In this document: positions 36,705 through 48,153 of the stretch, piece by piece
How the letters are laid out: every line of letters starts with the position of its first letter
How positions within the stretch are numbered: the stretch's first letter is position 1
Source: Tricharina praecox
Lineage: Eukaryota
Assembly: GCF_024521635.1 (NCBI RefSeq)
Contig: NW_026250435.1
Coordinates: 124,001 to 188,000 of the forward strand
Length of the DNA stretch: 64,000 bases
Reading direction: 5' to 3'
Made by a program: the position numbers and the translations under genes
Notes under the pieces: generated by a model
The model's input: the letters and a program-made list of their open reading frames with translations, nothing else
What the model was told of the DNA's origin: nothing
Database searches by the model: none

Positions 36705-37709
36705 CTAATCGCCTGGCAACTCCGTCAAGTCAACAATGGGGATCCCCTCGAGAGTGAAGGATTCGTCGTCAGCCCTCGCTCTGGGCGTGAGCCTTTTAAC
36801 CCTCTTCGCCGCGAGTTCAGCAGCAGAAAAGGGCTGGGAATGGATTTCCGATTTCGGCTCAGGCTCTAGCTTCGCTTCTGATTCTTGAGAAACCTGGAGA
36901 GCGTTAGATGCGGCTCGGATATGTGTACATACCTCAGGAAGCAGTGATGAACATCGGGCGTGACGTGGCCGGAGACATGCGGCTGGTCCTTCGCGATGAT
37001 ACCATGCAATTGAAGACTGCTTCTCTTCATGTAGTAAAAGCGAAACCGGACATACGGCGGTCCTTTAGGGCTGTCGATGAAGCTGGTGATGCCCCAATGC
37101 AGATGGGTTGGGGGCAGCGCAACCGGATCACCGAAGCTATGGTTCAGTCAGTTCGTACGTACGACGCCTCACGAAGAGACGAGGCTGTGTACCAGACCAT
37201 AGCCGATATGTCTTTGCCTTTTGCATTTTTCTCGTGCAAGATCTCCGGCCTATGCCGGGTTCGGGGCTCGTCCTGGTAAACTTTCGGCCGATCCCTATCG
37301 TGCGGTTTAACGTAGGCGCGATACACCGACAACTCGATTACCCCGATAGCTGCGGCATCCTCCTTCCCCAGTTGGATTCCATCACTATCTTCAGTCATCT
37401 GGACTTCACGGGAATAGTACGGCAAGCGTTGGTTGTCAGCAATCCGGAAGCCGGTGCAGTAACCTCCAGCTGGTTCATAAGTCTTTTTACGCCCGGAGGG
37501 TACGGAGGGTGCGCAGGGTGTGGGGGGTACAAAAGGTCCGCGCCAATGGAAACCAGGATCGCGAAATAAGTTTCTGAGACCGCCTCAACGTAAACCGACG
37601 CAACAGCTTGGGCGCTGCCGTCAGGGGGCTCGTCGCATGGATACTCGAGCAGCGGTACCCGGGTCGCCAGGTCGCAAAGCTCGGCTCTGACTCCACGATG
37701 GGTTGGCAT
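36705..37709 (-). pseudogene. Frameshifted copy of a conserved fungal hypothetical protein (DUF7918-like)
   Basis: Collinear segments MPTHRG..LLEY..VYVEA / GVIELSVYR..LHEKNAKGKDISA / PYVRFRFYY..LQLHGII / ..PIVDLTE* plus two clean introns. Frame changes near ~37500 and ~36960 have no suitable intron. Family assignment is from memory of motifs. Confidence 0.5.
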
Positions 37710-38679
37710 GGTGGGCCTGAATTGCTGGTCGGGGTATTAGATGGGACGAAAGGTGGGATGAGGAGATGTGGGGCGAGACGTGAGAAACCGAGAAACCGAG
37801 GGCAAGCTTGGAATTTCGGTGGCCTGCAGAGGTCGACGGAGTGTATTGGGTGCAGTGGATCGTTATTGAAGCTTCACACCAGGAGCTTGACGTAAGACGG
37901 ACGTGGTGGGTGGTAGTATTCCGAGTGGCGCTTAGGGTTTCCTCATAGAGCCTCGAGCCATACACAGTGTCCAAGATGCCGTCCAGTTAACGATTAGTCA
38001 CTCGGTAGAAGGGATTCCGAGACGAGGTACCTTGCTACTGGTGCCGCCGAACGCCGCAAGACGTGCACCACAACCCAGAACTCGGAGGCCCGACAAACAA
38101 CCGGGGCCAAATTGCGCACATTTCCTAGTACAACACCATATCGTCCGCAGTTGCCGGCTGCTGCTGTGCGGAGTCTGGCGATCCAGAGATTGATGAATGA
38201 TCGCGACCTCTAGCCAGGCTTGGTCCAATCCACCGCGGCCCATACACACAGAACGAGCCATTGTAGGTGTGTACACACGGGCCCTATCCGTATAGTAAAA
38301 TTCACCGCATACCTTCTACTCACACGCTCGCCTTTCCCATCCATGTGTTCCATCGACTCTCTTAAGGTTTCATATCGACATCGCGTATCTGACGTCCGTA
38401 ATTAAGCAGAGTGAGATGTCACCCCTATCCACGCTAGCGTCGCAGTGACGGCACATGCCGAGGCGCTAACTCACTCTTTCCCCATCACCTCAGCGCAAAA
38501 AGTAGCGTCAAACGCGTTGGCACGCGCCACACACACCACCACGCCCCAACTAACCAACCACTCAACCCAACCATCTTTTTCATTCCCAATCCTCCCCTTA
38601 CCACCACCACAAACCCACATAAAAAAAAAGAACACCAACAATCACGCCCCTCCCCACACCCCATCCATCGCGACTAATA

Positions 38680-39882
38680 ATGTCCGGCTTCCAAGGTCCT
38701 TCCAGAGGCGGCTTTGGAGGAGGAGGAGGAGGCGGCGGAAGGCGGAGAGGAGGTCCTCCGTTCCCGCGACGGGCGGGTTACGACAGTTACAAGCCCTCTC
38801 ACGACAGCAGTGCCAGCGCCGGTGGCGGAGGCGGCAGGAGTGCTAGACCGGACGATGGGCATCATGGCGGCCGGGATAGGGGGCGGGAGAGAGAGCTTCA
38901 TCGTGACCGTGGATCCCGGGGAAACGACGGATTCCGGCCGGATTCCTCTACGCCCCAGATCGCCTCGGAGTACCATGTTGCAAGCCGCAGTCGTAGTCGC
39001 TCGCCAACCCATCATGATCGTGAGCGTGATCGTGATCGCGACCGCCGTGAGCACGGAAAGCCCGAGGAGCAGCAGCGGTACGGTGGAGGCAGGGACCACC
39101 GTGACCGGGACCGCGGCGGACAGCAGCACGACGTGTATGCCGGACCCGGGCAGCAGGACACATATCTCGACCAACACGACATGTACCCGCCGTTGGATCA
39201 GCGACACGACGAGCGCGCAGTGGACTCCCGTGCCGTCGTTCCCAGCAGGGCACCCTCGGGGCGAGACGACGACCGACAGCGCATTGACAACCGACAGCGT
39301 ATCGAGGACCGACTGCGCGGTGACGACCGACAGCGCATTGACGATCGACCGCGCATTGACGACCGACAGCGTATTGACGACCGCCAGCGCAGCGTATCAC
39401 CCTTCACTGCGCGCACACTACTCCACAAGCAATCGTCTCACAGTCGTACCCGCAGCCACTCCTCCGAGCGCCCCAATGGCAGAAACCAAGACGGCGTGCC
39501 GACGCGTCCTCGACATTTTGACAACCCAGACGTGGTCGAGCCCGCTCCACGGACGCGCTCCGCACGCCCCCCATTCCACCCCCGCCAACGTAATGTCAAA
39601 GTCGCGCGCAGCAAGGAGACCTCCGAGGCGGGGTACGCGGCCATGGCGGATCTGTACGGCGGCGCTACGCTCATCAAGCTGGGCAACGAGAGGGGCACTT
39701 ACGCGTACATACACTTTCATACCCACCTGGACGCCCAAAGAGCTGTGGACGCCCGCTCCGATACCAATTGGTCCTCGGTGGTGGTCAAGGAGGGGGAGGA
39801 GGACGGTGGAATGCACGAGGCTGTACTGGTATGGGGCCGCCAGAAGCGGGGCGGCAACGCGTTCAGGAACCTGGGAGAGTAG
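38680..39882 (+). CDS. Arg/Asp/Gly-rich protein with a divergent C-terminal RRM-like domain
   Basis: 400-aa ORF with RGG/RS/RD tracts and an RNP1-like RGTYAYIHF followed by DAQRAV. Confidence 0.65.
   Translation: MSGFQGPSRGGFGGGGGGGGRRRGGPPFPRRAGYDSYKPSHDSSASAGGGGGRSARPDDGHHGGRDRGRERELHRDRGSRGNDGFRPDSSTPQIASEYHVASRSRSRSPTHHDRERDRDRDRREHGKPEEQQRYGGGRDHRDRDRGGQQHDVYAGPGQQDTYLDQHDMYPPLDQRHDERAVDSRAVVPSRAPSGRDDDRQRIDNRQRIEDRLRGDDRQRIDDRPRIDDRQRIDDRQRSVSPFTARTLLHKQSSHSRTRSHSSERPNGRNQDGVPTRPRHFDNPDVVEPAPRTRSARPPFHPRQRNVKVARSKETSEAGYAAMADLYGGATLIKLGNERGTYAYIHFHTHLDAQRAVDARSDTNWSSVVVKEGEEDGGMHEAVLVWGRQKRGGNAFRNLGE
39268..39390 (+). repeat. Coding 18-bp minisatellite encoding (DDRQRI)x~6
   Basis: gacgaccgacagcgcatt units are directly visible. 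Confidence 0.85.
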
Positions 39883-39984
39883 AAGTCTTGCTGCCCCCCT
39901 GGGCAGCGAAGGTGATGTGGAGATCTGGAGATGATAGTGGAGTCGAGTCTAGTCGAGGATAGGATAGTTGATGAGAGTGTAGAC

Positions 39985-40031
39985 GTGTGCGTGTGCGTGT
40001 GTATCTTTGTGTGTGTGTGTGTGTGTGCGTG
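39985..40031. repeat. (GT)n microsatellite
   Basis: Directly visible. Confidence 0.85.
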
Positions 40032-40666
40032 TTTGATTGCCGTGATGTAGAGGCGACATCTCATCTATCAGTTGTGGCGGGCGAGGATCATTACCTAGGT
40101 GTGTCGTGCACGTGTACCGAGATACCAATTTCTGCCTCCATAGTACTCTCTCACTACATCTTTCCATAGCTCAGCCATGAGTAGTGCTGTTTTTCTGTTA
40201 CGAGTGGGGGTTGGGGATCTGCAAGTTCGTGGGTGTTGATTCTGACTCGTGTTCACCATCCAGATCCCGTTTTTTGGTTTTGTCCAAGCATTGATTGCAT
40301 ACGACCTATCTAGATCGTGGAAATATCCGCCCATACACCCTCCGTTTCCACATCATCCACTGTACCTGGACCGGGCGGAAGAGTGATAAACAGTGAGAGA
40401 CGATGGCCGCGCCCATCCCCTCCACGCAAACAGCTGTATCACTCCATCCCAAGTCTCCACCCAGTACTCGACAATCACTCCTCCTCCCAACGTACAGAAA
40501 CATCGATACCACCTAACGAGTTCCTACCTACATAGTCAGTTGCCACAATCCACATTTGTTTACAAATACCATGATACATGATCCATCCCTCCCGGCTCGC
40601 CGCTCCACACCCTCGACCAATTCCAGCTCCCCACAGCCAGACAGCCAGACGGGCGATATCCAAAAT

Positions 40667-40948
40667 TCACACCTGCATACTCACCCTCTCCGCCCTCATC
40701 TCGGACGCGGTATTGGCCCTTCTGCGTCGAATACAGTAATGCGCACAGCTAAATATAATTATCAAGAACGCCACGATCGTGAGCCCTATCAGCACTGCTC
40801 CGAGAGCCGCGAGGTTATCCTTGATGCGTGGTGGTGGAGAACTGCGGGTAAAGGTAGAGGGGGGTAAGCGGGTCGTGAAGGTGGAGATGGAGGCTAGAAA
40901 TTTACGTGTAATTGGGGTGGGCATGAGCGGGCGCGGGTGGAAGGTCAT
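40667..40948 (-). CDS. Possible small single-pass membrane protein (3' structure uncertain)
   Basis: S/T/P-rich N-terminus, hydrophobic LAALGAVLIGLTIVAFLIIIF, then a RRRR stop-transfer; gtgagt donor near the end. Confidence 0.4.
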   Translation of the reverse strand: MTFHPRPLMPTPITRKFLASISTFTTRLPPSTFTRSSPPPRIKDNLAALGAVLIGLTIVAFLIIIFSCAHYCIRRRRANTASEMRAERVSMQV

Positions 40949-41199
40949 CTTGAGATGGGCTGATTGAGAAGCAGGTAGGTCGGATGGTTGGATGGTCGGG
41001 TGGTTGGATGATATAGGTGGCTGGGAAAGGTCGAGTGGGATGGACTTGGAACCTGGAAGGCGTTGGGCTTGGAAGAGCGGTTATGATGAGCGGTGCGAAT
41101 CGAGTTGATGCGGCAGGTGGAGCGGATGGCGAGATGTGAATTTATTTTCTGTTGTTGAGTTTTAGTCGGACGAGTGACGGCTCATGAGTCCACTGATTT

Positions 41200-44100
41200 G
41201 CATTAAACTTTCTGGCACGGGCATCACAGTGCTGGAGCCAGCACCCCTACGGCCATGTATATCACTGTTCCGTTTATGTGCAGAGAAAGGCTTCGCATGT
41301 AATTATATCTCCATAGCCATGGCCACAGATATCGCTGTTGCGCCGTCGCCTAGTGATAGCTTACCGGACCATGATAGCAGTTGCACGAGCACGGTTATTG
41401 CGTAACTTTCTCTTTGATATTTCATACAGCATGGAAATGAAACAAATCCCAGTAGAGCTCCGACACAATCCCCCCTCCCCATCGTAGGACGCCACTCATT
41501 TCATCATTATCTGCATCCCACTAGCCAAGCTCCTCACAGCTTTGCATCCGCCAATTATAATTGACAACATGCGTGTACGCCGCCTTCATCCTTTCCCTCA
41601 CGAGGATCGAAGCATGCGATTCCCGCCGATTGGGCTCGGGGCGCTTTGCAAGTGGTTTCGAGAGGCCCAGGTAGACCGCCGGCAACGGCATAGAACACGT
41701 GCTGCCGTCCGTCACGACCACCTGCAGGTGGTCTTTGCCGGCGTATCCTGTAGATGCTGCGAACTCGTCACTCAATACCTGCAGGAGCTGGCCTGGCGGA
41801 GAGTTCTGGAAGAAGCTGGCGTGTGGACGCAAACTTCCGAGATCAAACACCTGTTGTGGGTGTACCTGGTTAGAATACTTCCGTTCGTGAATTCTGCATG
41901 GGGAGGTCACGGGTAAGGTTCTTTTACCTTTTGTGTGGCGTCCCACATTCGACGGTAACCGATCGGAAGTGGCTTCAAGTCCCCCAGATTGATGATGGCG
42001 ATTATGATGATCAAGACGGCGCGGTGAGCCAGTCCATCTGCCGATAAAGTAGGTGCTTCTGTTTCGACACGGCATATGAGTCTGCACAGCAGGGCGATCA
42101 CCCTGGTCAAAAGGCTTTGGTACCAGAACGTCTCGCGCTCCGACATAAATCTCGGGATCTTCGCAAGGAGAGGCAAGGACGAGTGCAGCACGGTCCAGGA
42201 TTTGGGGAGCACAAATTCCTCAGGTCGCGACAGAAATAGCTGTGTTGATCTGTCAGCGAAGGGAGTACTAATCATATCAAGGTCTTGGGTACACATACCA
42301 ATAGGATAACCAGCTCTTCGTAAACCGATAGTACCGATGCCGAGTGAACCAATTCTCCCGGTTCGTTAGAGATATCCTGAATATGCTCCAATCGAGAAAG
42401 AAGCTTGTGGAGACTCTCGCTCTATAGAAATAGCAGGTCAGCTTAGCCTTCTATAATGCAACGAGTAATTGGGATCAAATAAAACGGATCATACGAAAGG
42501 CCCTGGAAAATCACGTGCAGTCGTATTCTTTCGCACATTCCGGACGCAGGTTACAATCTCGTAGGACATAGCGAAATAAGGCTGGTTCGAATGCTGAATC
42601 TCCCGACCCCAGTACGTGTACCAGCGATCCTCGATGCCTATCAAGTTTCAGCACGCAAGGTTTCTTCAGGAGACCAGACCGCCACATACTCAAGAGCTCT
42701 GACGACCTCATCCGTTTGAGGAAGTCTGATAGAACGTCGAAAGCGACAGCTCTCTTGCAGGCCACGATGCACTGGGAGGATAGTAAAAACTCCTGAAGCG
42801 GGCGGCGGAGGCTCTCAAATTTGGGAGTGCGCAGTTTCTCTTGCAGTTGAAGAAGAACGGTAGGATCCTGCGTGTGCGATGAAGTACAACTCAGCCGTCG
42901 AATCAGTTCTTCCTTCCAGAAGTAACCTTGCCGTTATTGTTAGCACAAGCTTCTTGAAAATTGAGAGTGACCGTGGAGCTCATACAGCGGTAGTCGGCTG
43001 GTACAATGCGCCACAATGGCGAGTATATTCCGTCAATCTCAGCGAGTTTCCGACTAAGTATCCAAGAACTCTTTAACAAATCAGCATCCGGGAATCCCAC
43101 AACCTGCCCACATGTAGACCCACATTTATCGCTGTAGACTGGCCACCAGTAGGAAACGTTTTTCTGGCTGCGGCATCTTTCTTCTGCTTGTTTCGCGTTC
43201 TTCTCTGCTCTTTTTCAGCTTTCTTCTTCAGCTTCTTTTTGGCTTTCTCCTGCTCCTTTCCAGTTTTCTCCCGCTGCCTTCTAGCTTTCTCCTGTTCCAT
43301 TCCAGCTTTCTTTTGCTCCTTTCCGGTTGTTTTCTCCGCGGTTTCAGTTGGTTCCGCTTCGGCCTCTTTGCTTAGCCTTGCATCTAAGGCTGTCTGCGCT
43401 GCATCTAGGATCCCGCGAACATATCGCTTCATGTTGGCTGGAATATTCTCAATGACATGACAAGGGAAAGTCAATTTTCGGGACGATTCCCGGGGGAGAG
43501 TAAGGCAAGGCGATATGCTTTCCGTCAGCGGTAGGGTAGATGCCTAGGGATAGCAGGACCGAGAGTTGCACAGGACGTTCGGTTGATAGTCTTCGTTGAA
43601 TTCTGACCGTTTTGTCAAGGATATCCTTGGGATCAATTTCCGGGTACTGGGAGATGAGATCTGGAAGACGCTTCGCGGCCTATAGTTGAAGTCAGATCGA
43701 GCAAGTACATAGGCACGCCCAGTGAGGCTTGTTTAGGTGTATACGAACCAGAAGAATCAGAAAGTCGTTCAGAACGGAATCTGTATTTGGTAGTTTTCCT
43801 TCCTGGATGAAGATAACGAATGCTTTGGCAATACTCTGCCATTGCGACTCCAGGACTGCAGTCTTTTCAATGGCGCTTTTCGACGAGGTCGCCATCTCCA
43901 TCCACAACCCAGTTGACAACTCTCGTGCGTGCACATAGTTGATAACATTTGCCAATTCGGAATCGGGCAGGACGGTGTCATGTAGCGTGAGTAGTAAAAG
44001 CGCTTCATCCACGAGCCCAATTCTCGCCGCAAGCTCACAGGCATATTGATACCTTCCCCTCATTTTCTCCATTTCGACGACATGGTTCAGCATTTCGAAA

Positions 44101-44950
44101 TTTCTGACTGTATTCAGCAGATAATCGGACTCTATCGGTCCAATGGACAACCAGATCTTGTGGCGTTGCTCTTTCGTCAAGACAATCTTTTTCTGTGAGA
44201 ACACCAGATAGAATAATCGTGCATACTGCCTCCGACAATTCTCTTTGCTCGGTGGAAGCCTTGGAATCATTAGTCAGAGGGAGCAAAATAAGACGGATTC
44301 CGAATTACTGCACCTTTCGAGCAGAGCAGCAATTTCAGCCACATCGGCGAAGAGCCCGGAATGGAAGTAGGTAGCCAGAGCTTTTTCGTGGTCAGCAATA
44401 TCAACGTATACCCTCAGCACCCGTTTAGGTGCATTCGCATCCATGAAAGCCCAAGCGGCGCGTTGTGATTTTCCATGCTTAGCCAAAAGTTCTGCAAGGC
44501 TTGTTAGCAGTTGATCTCACTCTGTGATAAGGATTGTAAGTGGGTAACTCGCCTGAGGCTGCTAGATGATTCCCAGCGGCAATTTGGCATTCTACCGCCT
44601 TGTCAACGCGCTTGGCCTTGAGGAACAGCTCACTGGCTCTGTCAAAACAGGCAAAATATTAGCTTTTGGTGCCTGTGGCCCGAAGCTCGATAGCCAAAAG
44701 CTGCACCACAAATGCTTTCGCAAGAGTCTCCTCATCTTGGTCACCGGAGTTCGAGAAACACTGTGCTGCCTTGATTTCGGATAAGATGTCACTTGACTAG
44801 TACAGGAACCATGATACGAGGTCAAGGGGTGAGTACCTGTGCATAGCTGTGTTGTCGCGGTGAGGTCAAGTATTCGGAAGCTGTGTAATACAGAATGTGT
44901 GTGGTTTCGACGTAGAAGAGGATTGGTGTGTTCTCTATGGATGCGTACAT
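41200..44950 (-). pseudogene. Decayed relic of a large TPR-containing protein (C-terminal part of a fungal TRANK1/UvrD-like helicase)
   Basis: Fragments LFYVET, AAQCFSNSGD..LAKAF, in-frame TAA at ~44659-44661, ASELFLKAKRVDKAVEC, QYARLFYLV..RNFEML, plus a KEQEKA-repeat segment. Broken into short ORFs, with no P-loop seen. Boundaries are approximate. Confidence 0.45.
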
Positions 44951-45931
44951 AGGTTGCCGCAGCAAAGGCTGACAATCGAAACCATTCATCGTGCGGGGTA
45001 TCTGGGCACGCCCGTGTCTCGCCGGTCTGTACAACTGAAGCAGGTCGGATTGACCGCGTGTGTCGCCGGTCGGTACGGCTGACGTAGGTGGGACCGATCG
45101 ACGCGGTTGATAGCAAACTGCCCTTCAGCAAAACTGACAAATGACGGTGCACTCTTCGCTTGAAGAGTTGATTAGGTACGATAACTAGGATAAGCCTGAT
45201 ATTCCAATGGCTTTCTGTAGCTGGATGAAGTAAAAACCGCTTCGTCACTGTCGGACCGGCGGTTCTGGTGTGGATTGAGCTACCTATGTACCAGAAAGGC
45301 TATGTTGAGTGGCTAAGGTACCTCACAGCCGTGCTGGAATTTTGGGTAGACCAGGGCGTGGTCAGCCTGGCTGACTCGGGTCGGGTTAACTGGCGGAAAT
45401 CTCGAGAGGCCATCATCTTCGTAACCCACCCCTCCTCTCCTGAGTACTCGGACACTCTCCGTCCGTGGGCTTGGCCGACAGCCACAGTTGTTGGGTTGCA
45501 TGTTGTCGAGCCCGCGCCGCATTGTCTCGAGTTTGGGCGCAAGGCGAAGGTGGTATAGAGCCTGTAGCTTGACGTCATCTGCAGTCACGTGTACAAATAA
45601 AGTCACATAGCCTCCGCCTCTTTCATACAATCTCCGGGTTTTCTCCTTTCTCGGTTGTTACAGACCATGTTACGAGCAGCAGTCACATCCACATCACATG
45701 CAAAGTAAATAGTCGGAATTTAAACACGCATCGTCCCCGCCTCGCCGGATCCGCGGATCTTCGCCCTAGTGCCGCCAAGTCTCGACAACCTGCACACTAC
45801 CATCGGCATTTATGTACGACACTTCTCGAAGCCCACCCTGCAACATTTCCCACCAGTACATACTCTACATATCCCGCAACAAACCGCCTTGTGAATCGCT
45901 CCTAGTCACCCACCACTTCAGAACCCCCACC

Positions 45932-46657
45932 ATGAACCGCAATCTCGACATCCTGTGGGAAATCATCCTCTCGCTGATCAATCAACCTTCGCCGCGCAGT
46001 CTCTACTGTTTCCTCGCCGCCAATCCAGACGCATTCTCCATCTTCGGGGTTCACGGCACCTACCCGCTGACCCGTCGCGTCACCTCGCTGGAGCACGACC
46101 TGATCTCCCGTCTCGAGCGCGCCGTCTCCGATTCCACAGTGAAGGCGAATGCCGCTGATGCGGCCGTTGTCGCCGCGCAGGCCGCCGTAGCCAGTGCGGG
46201 CGCGCACGAAGTGCAGGAGGTCACTGCCACGGTGATGGCCGCAATGGATCAGGAAGCGGCCGCGAGGAAGACTACGAAGGACGTGAGAGATGCCGTGATT
46301 GCGGTGAAACCGATCGTTCTGAAAAGCTCGAACTCCAAGATGATGGTGCTCGATGAGAACAACCCCGTGCTCGATAAGGATCTGAGGGACACCGTTCAGA
46401 CTTTGGTGCATTGGCGGGGATTCCGTTTCCGACTGTTTGAGGCGGCGGCGAAGGTCCCGATTGTGAAGCCCCGCTTAACAGCCCCAAGCTCCATCATGAA
46501 AGCTACCAAAAAGATTGTTGCCGACATACGTCGCCGTGGACCCGATGAGTTTGGTAACATGTGGAGGAGGAGGTTTTTTGGGCTCGGAGAAGCAGGAGTG
46601 AGGAGAAGTGCGCGGGTGAGGCGGCTGAAGGAGAAGAAGCTTCTGGCTGGGAAATGA
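45932..46657 (+). CDS. Hypothetical protein (orphan; weak F-box-like N-terminus, Ala-rich coiled coil, basic C-terminus)
   Basis: ccaccATG start context, 241 codons open, GC3-biased codons; LDILWEIILSL..PRSL. Confidence 0.6.
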   Translation: MNRNLDILWEIILSLINQPSPRSLYCFLAANPDAFSIFGVHGTYPLTRRVTSLEHDLISRLERAVSDSTVKANAADAAVVAAQAAVASAGAHEVQEVTATVMAAMDQEAAARKTTKDVRDAVIAVKPIVLKSSNSKMMVLDENNPVLDKDLRDTVQTLVHWRGFRFRLFEAAAKVPIVKPRLTAPSSIMKATKKIVADIRRRGPDEFGNMWRRRFFGLGEAGVRRSARVRRLKEKKLLAGK

Positions 46658-46980
46658 ATGGTGCAAATGATGTGTTCTCTCGAGGTGTTGCGGTGTCACA
46701 CGGTTCTGTGATGCATATATTTCGGTGTTTCGATGGACTCGTGTGTCCTTCGTTTTGCTTCCTTGTGTTTCGGGATCCAATAACATCTTATTATGGACTT
46801 CTTTTCTGTGTATAGTACCTTGGAGCTTGAATGCTTAATAAGTTCCCATCTGTCCTACATCTGCGTATTTCGGACACGATGGCACGATATGGTCATGAAC
46901 GAAAAGTTAAGATGAATTGCCACATGATTCTGGGGACTGCGGATTGTCAGGCACAGCGGAGAAGGGGAGCAAAAGAATAA

Positions 46981-47067
46981 TTCCGTTACGGGGAATTGAA
47001 CCCCGGTCTGGCCGGTTTTAATGCTCTATTTGAGAGCGGCCGATGCTAGCCACTACACCATAACGGA
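46981..47067 (-). tRNA. tRNA-Glu(CTC) with a 15-nt intron (47030-47016)
   Basis: Acceptor TCCGTTA/TAACGGA, D arm TGGTGTAGTGGCTAGCATC, anticodon stem GGCCG/CGGCC with loop CT-CTC-A^C, T arm CGGGG-TTCAATT-CCCCG. Confidence 0.95.
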
Positions 47068-48153
47068 TATTGTTGGTGAATCTTACAGCAAGCTATATAC
47101 GTAGCACATTGTGATGACACTCGAACTGCATTTGGCCAGCACATGAACATCACAATGGCTTCGTTTTTGAAATCTTAGCAACGCGGCAACTGCTCACAAG
47201 GCACGGCAAACCGCATGCACAGCAATTATCAGAGCACAGTAATTCCGCTCGCAAGGTGAGTATCGCTATACACCCAACATACCTAACTGAGTAGGTAACC
47301 GTTGAGAACAAAGAACTAGCACATGTATGTAGGGATCAGGAGAGGAGCTCGGAAGAGCCCGCTATTCCTTACTTTAGCATTCCACGCTGTACTGATTCAT
47401 CCGCTGCCCACATTCTCGATTGATGCAGTGCTTGGTCCCTCGTTTAGCAGACCAGGTCCTGGTATGGACGTCGCCTTCAAAGCTGTTGCTGTGCAAGTCC
47501 GCTCACCGCATACGGTGTTGGCGAACATAACAACAGGAGGCTGTTCTGTCAAACATGCACCTTCACTCGCGCTTACTCTAGAGTACATCCAATCCGGTAT
47601 GTACGGCTGTAACTATGCCCCGCAACCCGAAGCTATGGTGATAGTCAGCAACACAGGTCCCAAACTGGAGGGTGGGGACTTAGACGGGATGCAGCCGGGT
47701 GGCGTCGCTGCCGGGTCCAATCGACAGAAATGAAGCAGAGTCGTCGGATGGTGATCAAGTACACTACCAGAGGCCTATATCATCTCTTTGCAAAAAGTTC
47801 TTTTGAATGATCCTAGGATTAGGAAATGAGTACGCTACTATAATGCTGCGTACCTGCATCAAAACACAACACCCTCCGCCCCCCCACCCGCAGAATCAAT
47901 CGCGAAAACCCACTAAATATGCACATACAAAGGACTACGATTGTCTCTCGATTCAATACCCTGTGGACTCCCCGGTACAAAAATACACTTGCGGCAGGAC
48001 CTGTGTTTTTCACGACAGACTTCTCAACATCCAATCCGACATAAATACAACCCCCGACGTCTTCGATACTTCAGCATTCCAGTTCCATCCTTCACATTCA
48101 TTCATTCCTTTCCACCGGGTTCTACAGCACCTTCACACCCTCAAAGTCTTCAG

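Noticed and set aside
47323..47733. 136-aa ORF between the tRNA and the S28 peptidase
   Set aside because: No recognisable motifs or codon bias; probably chance.
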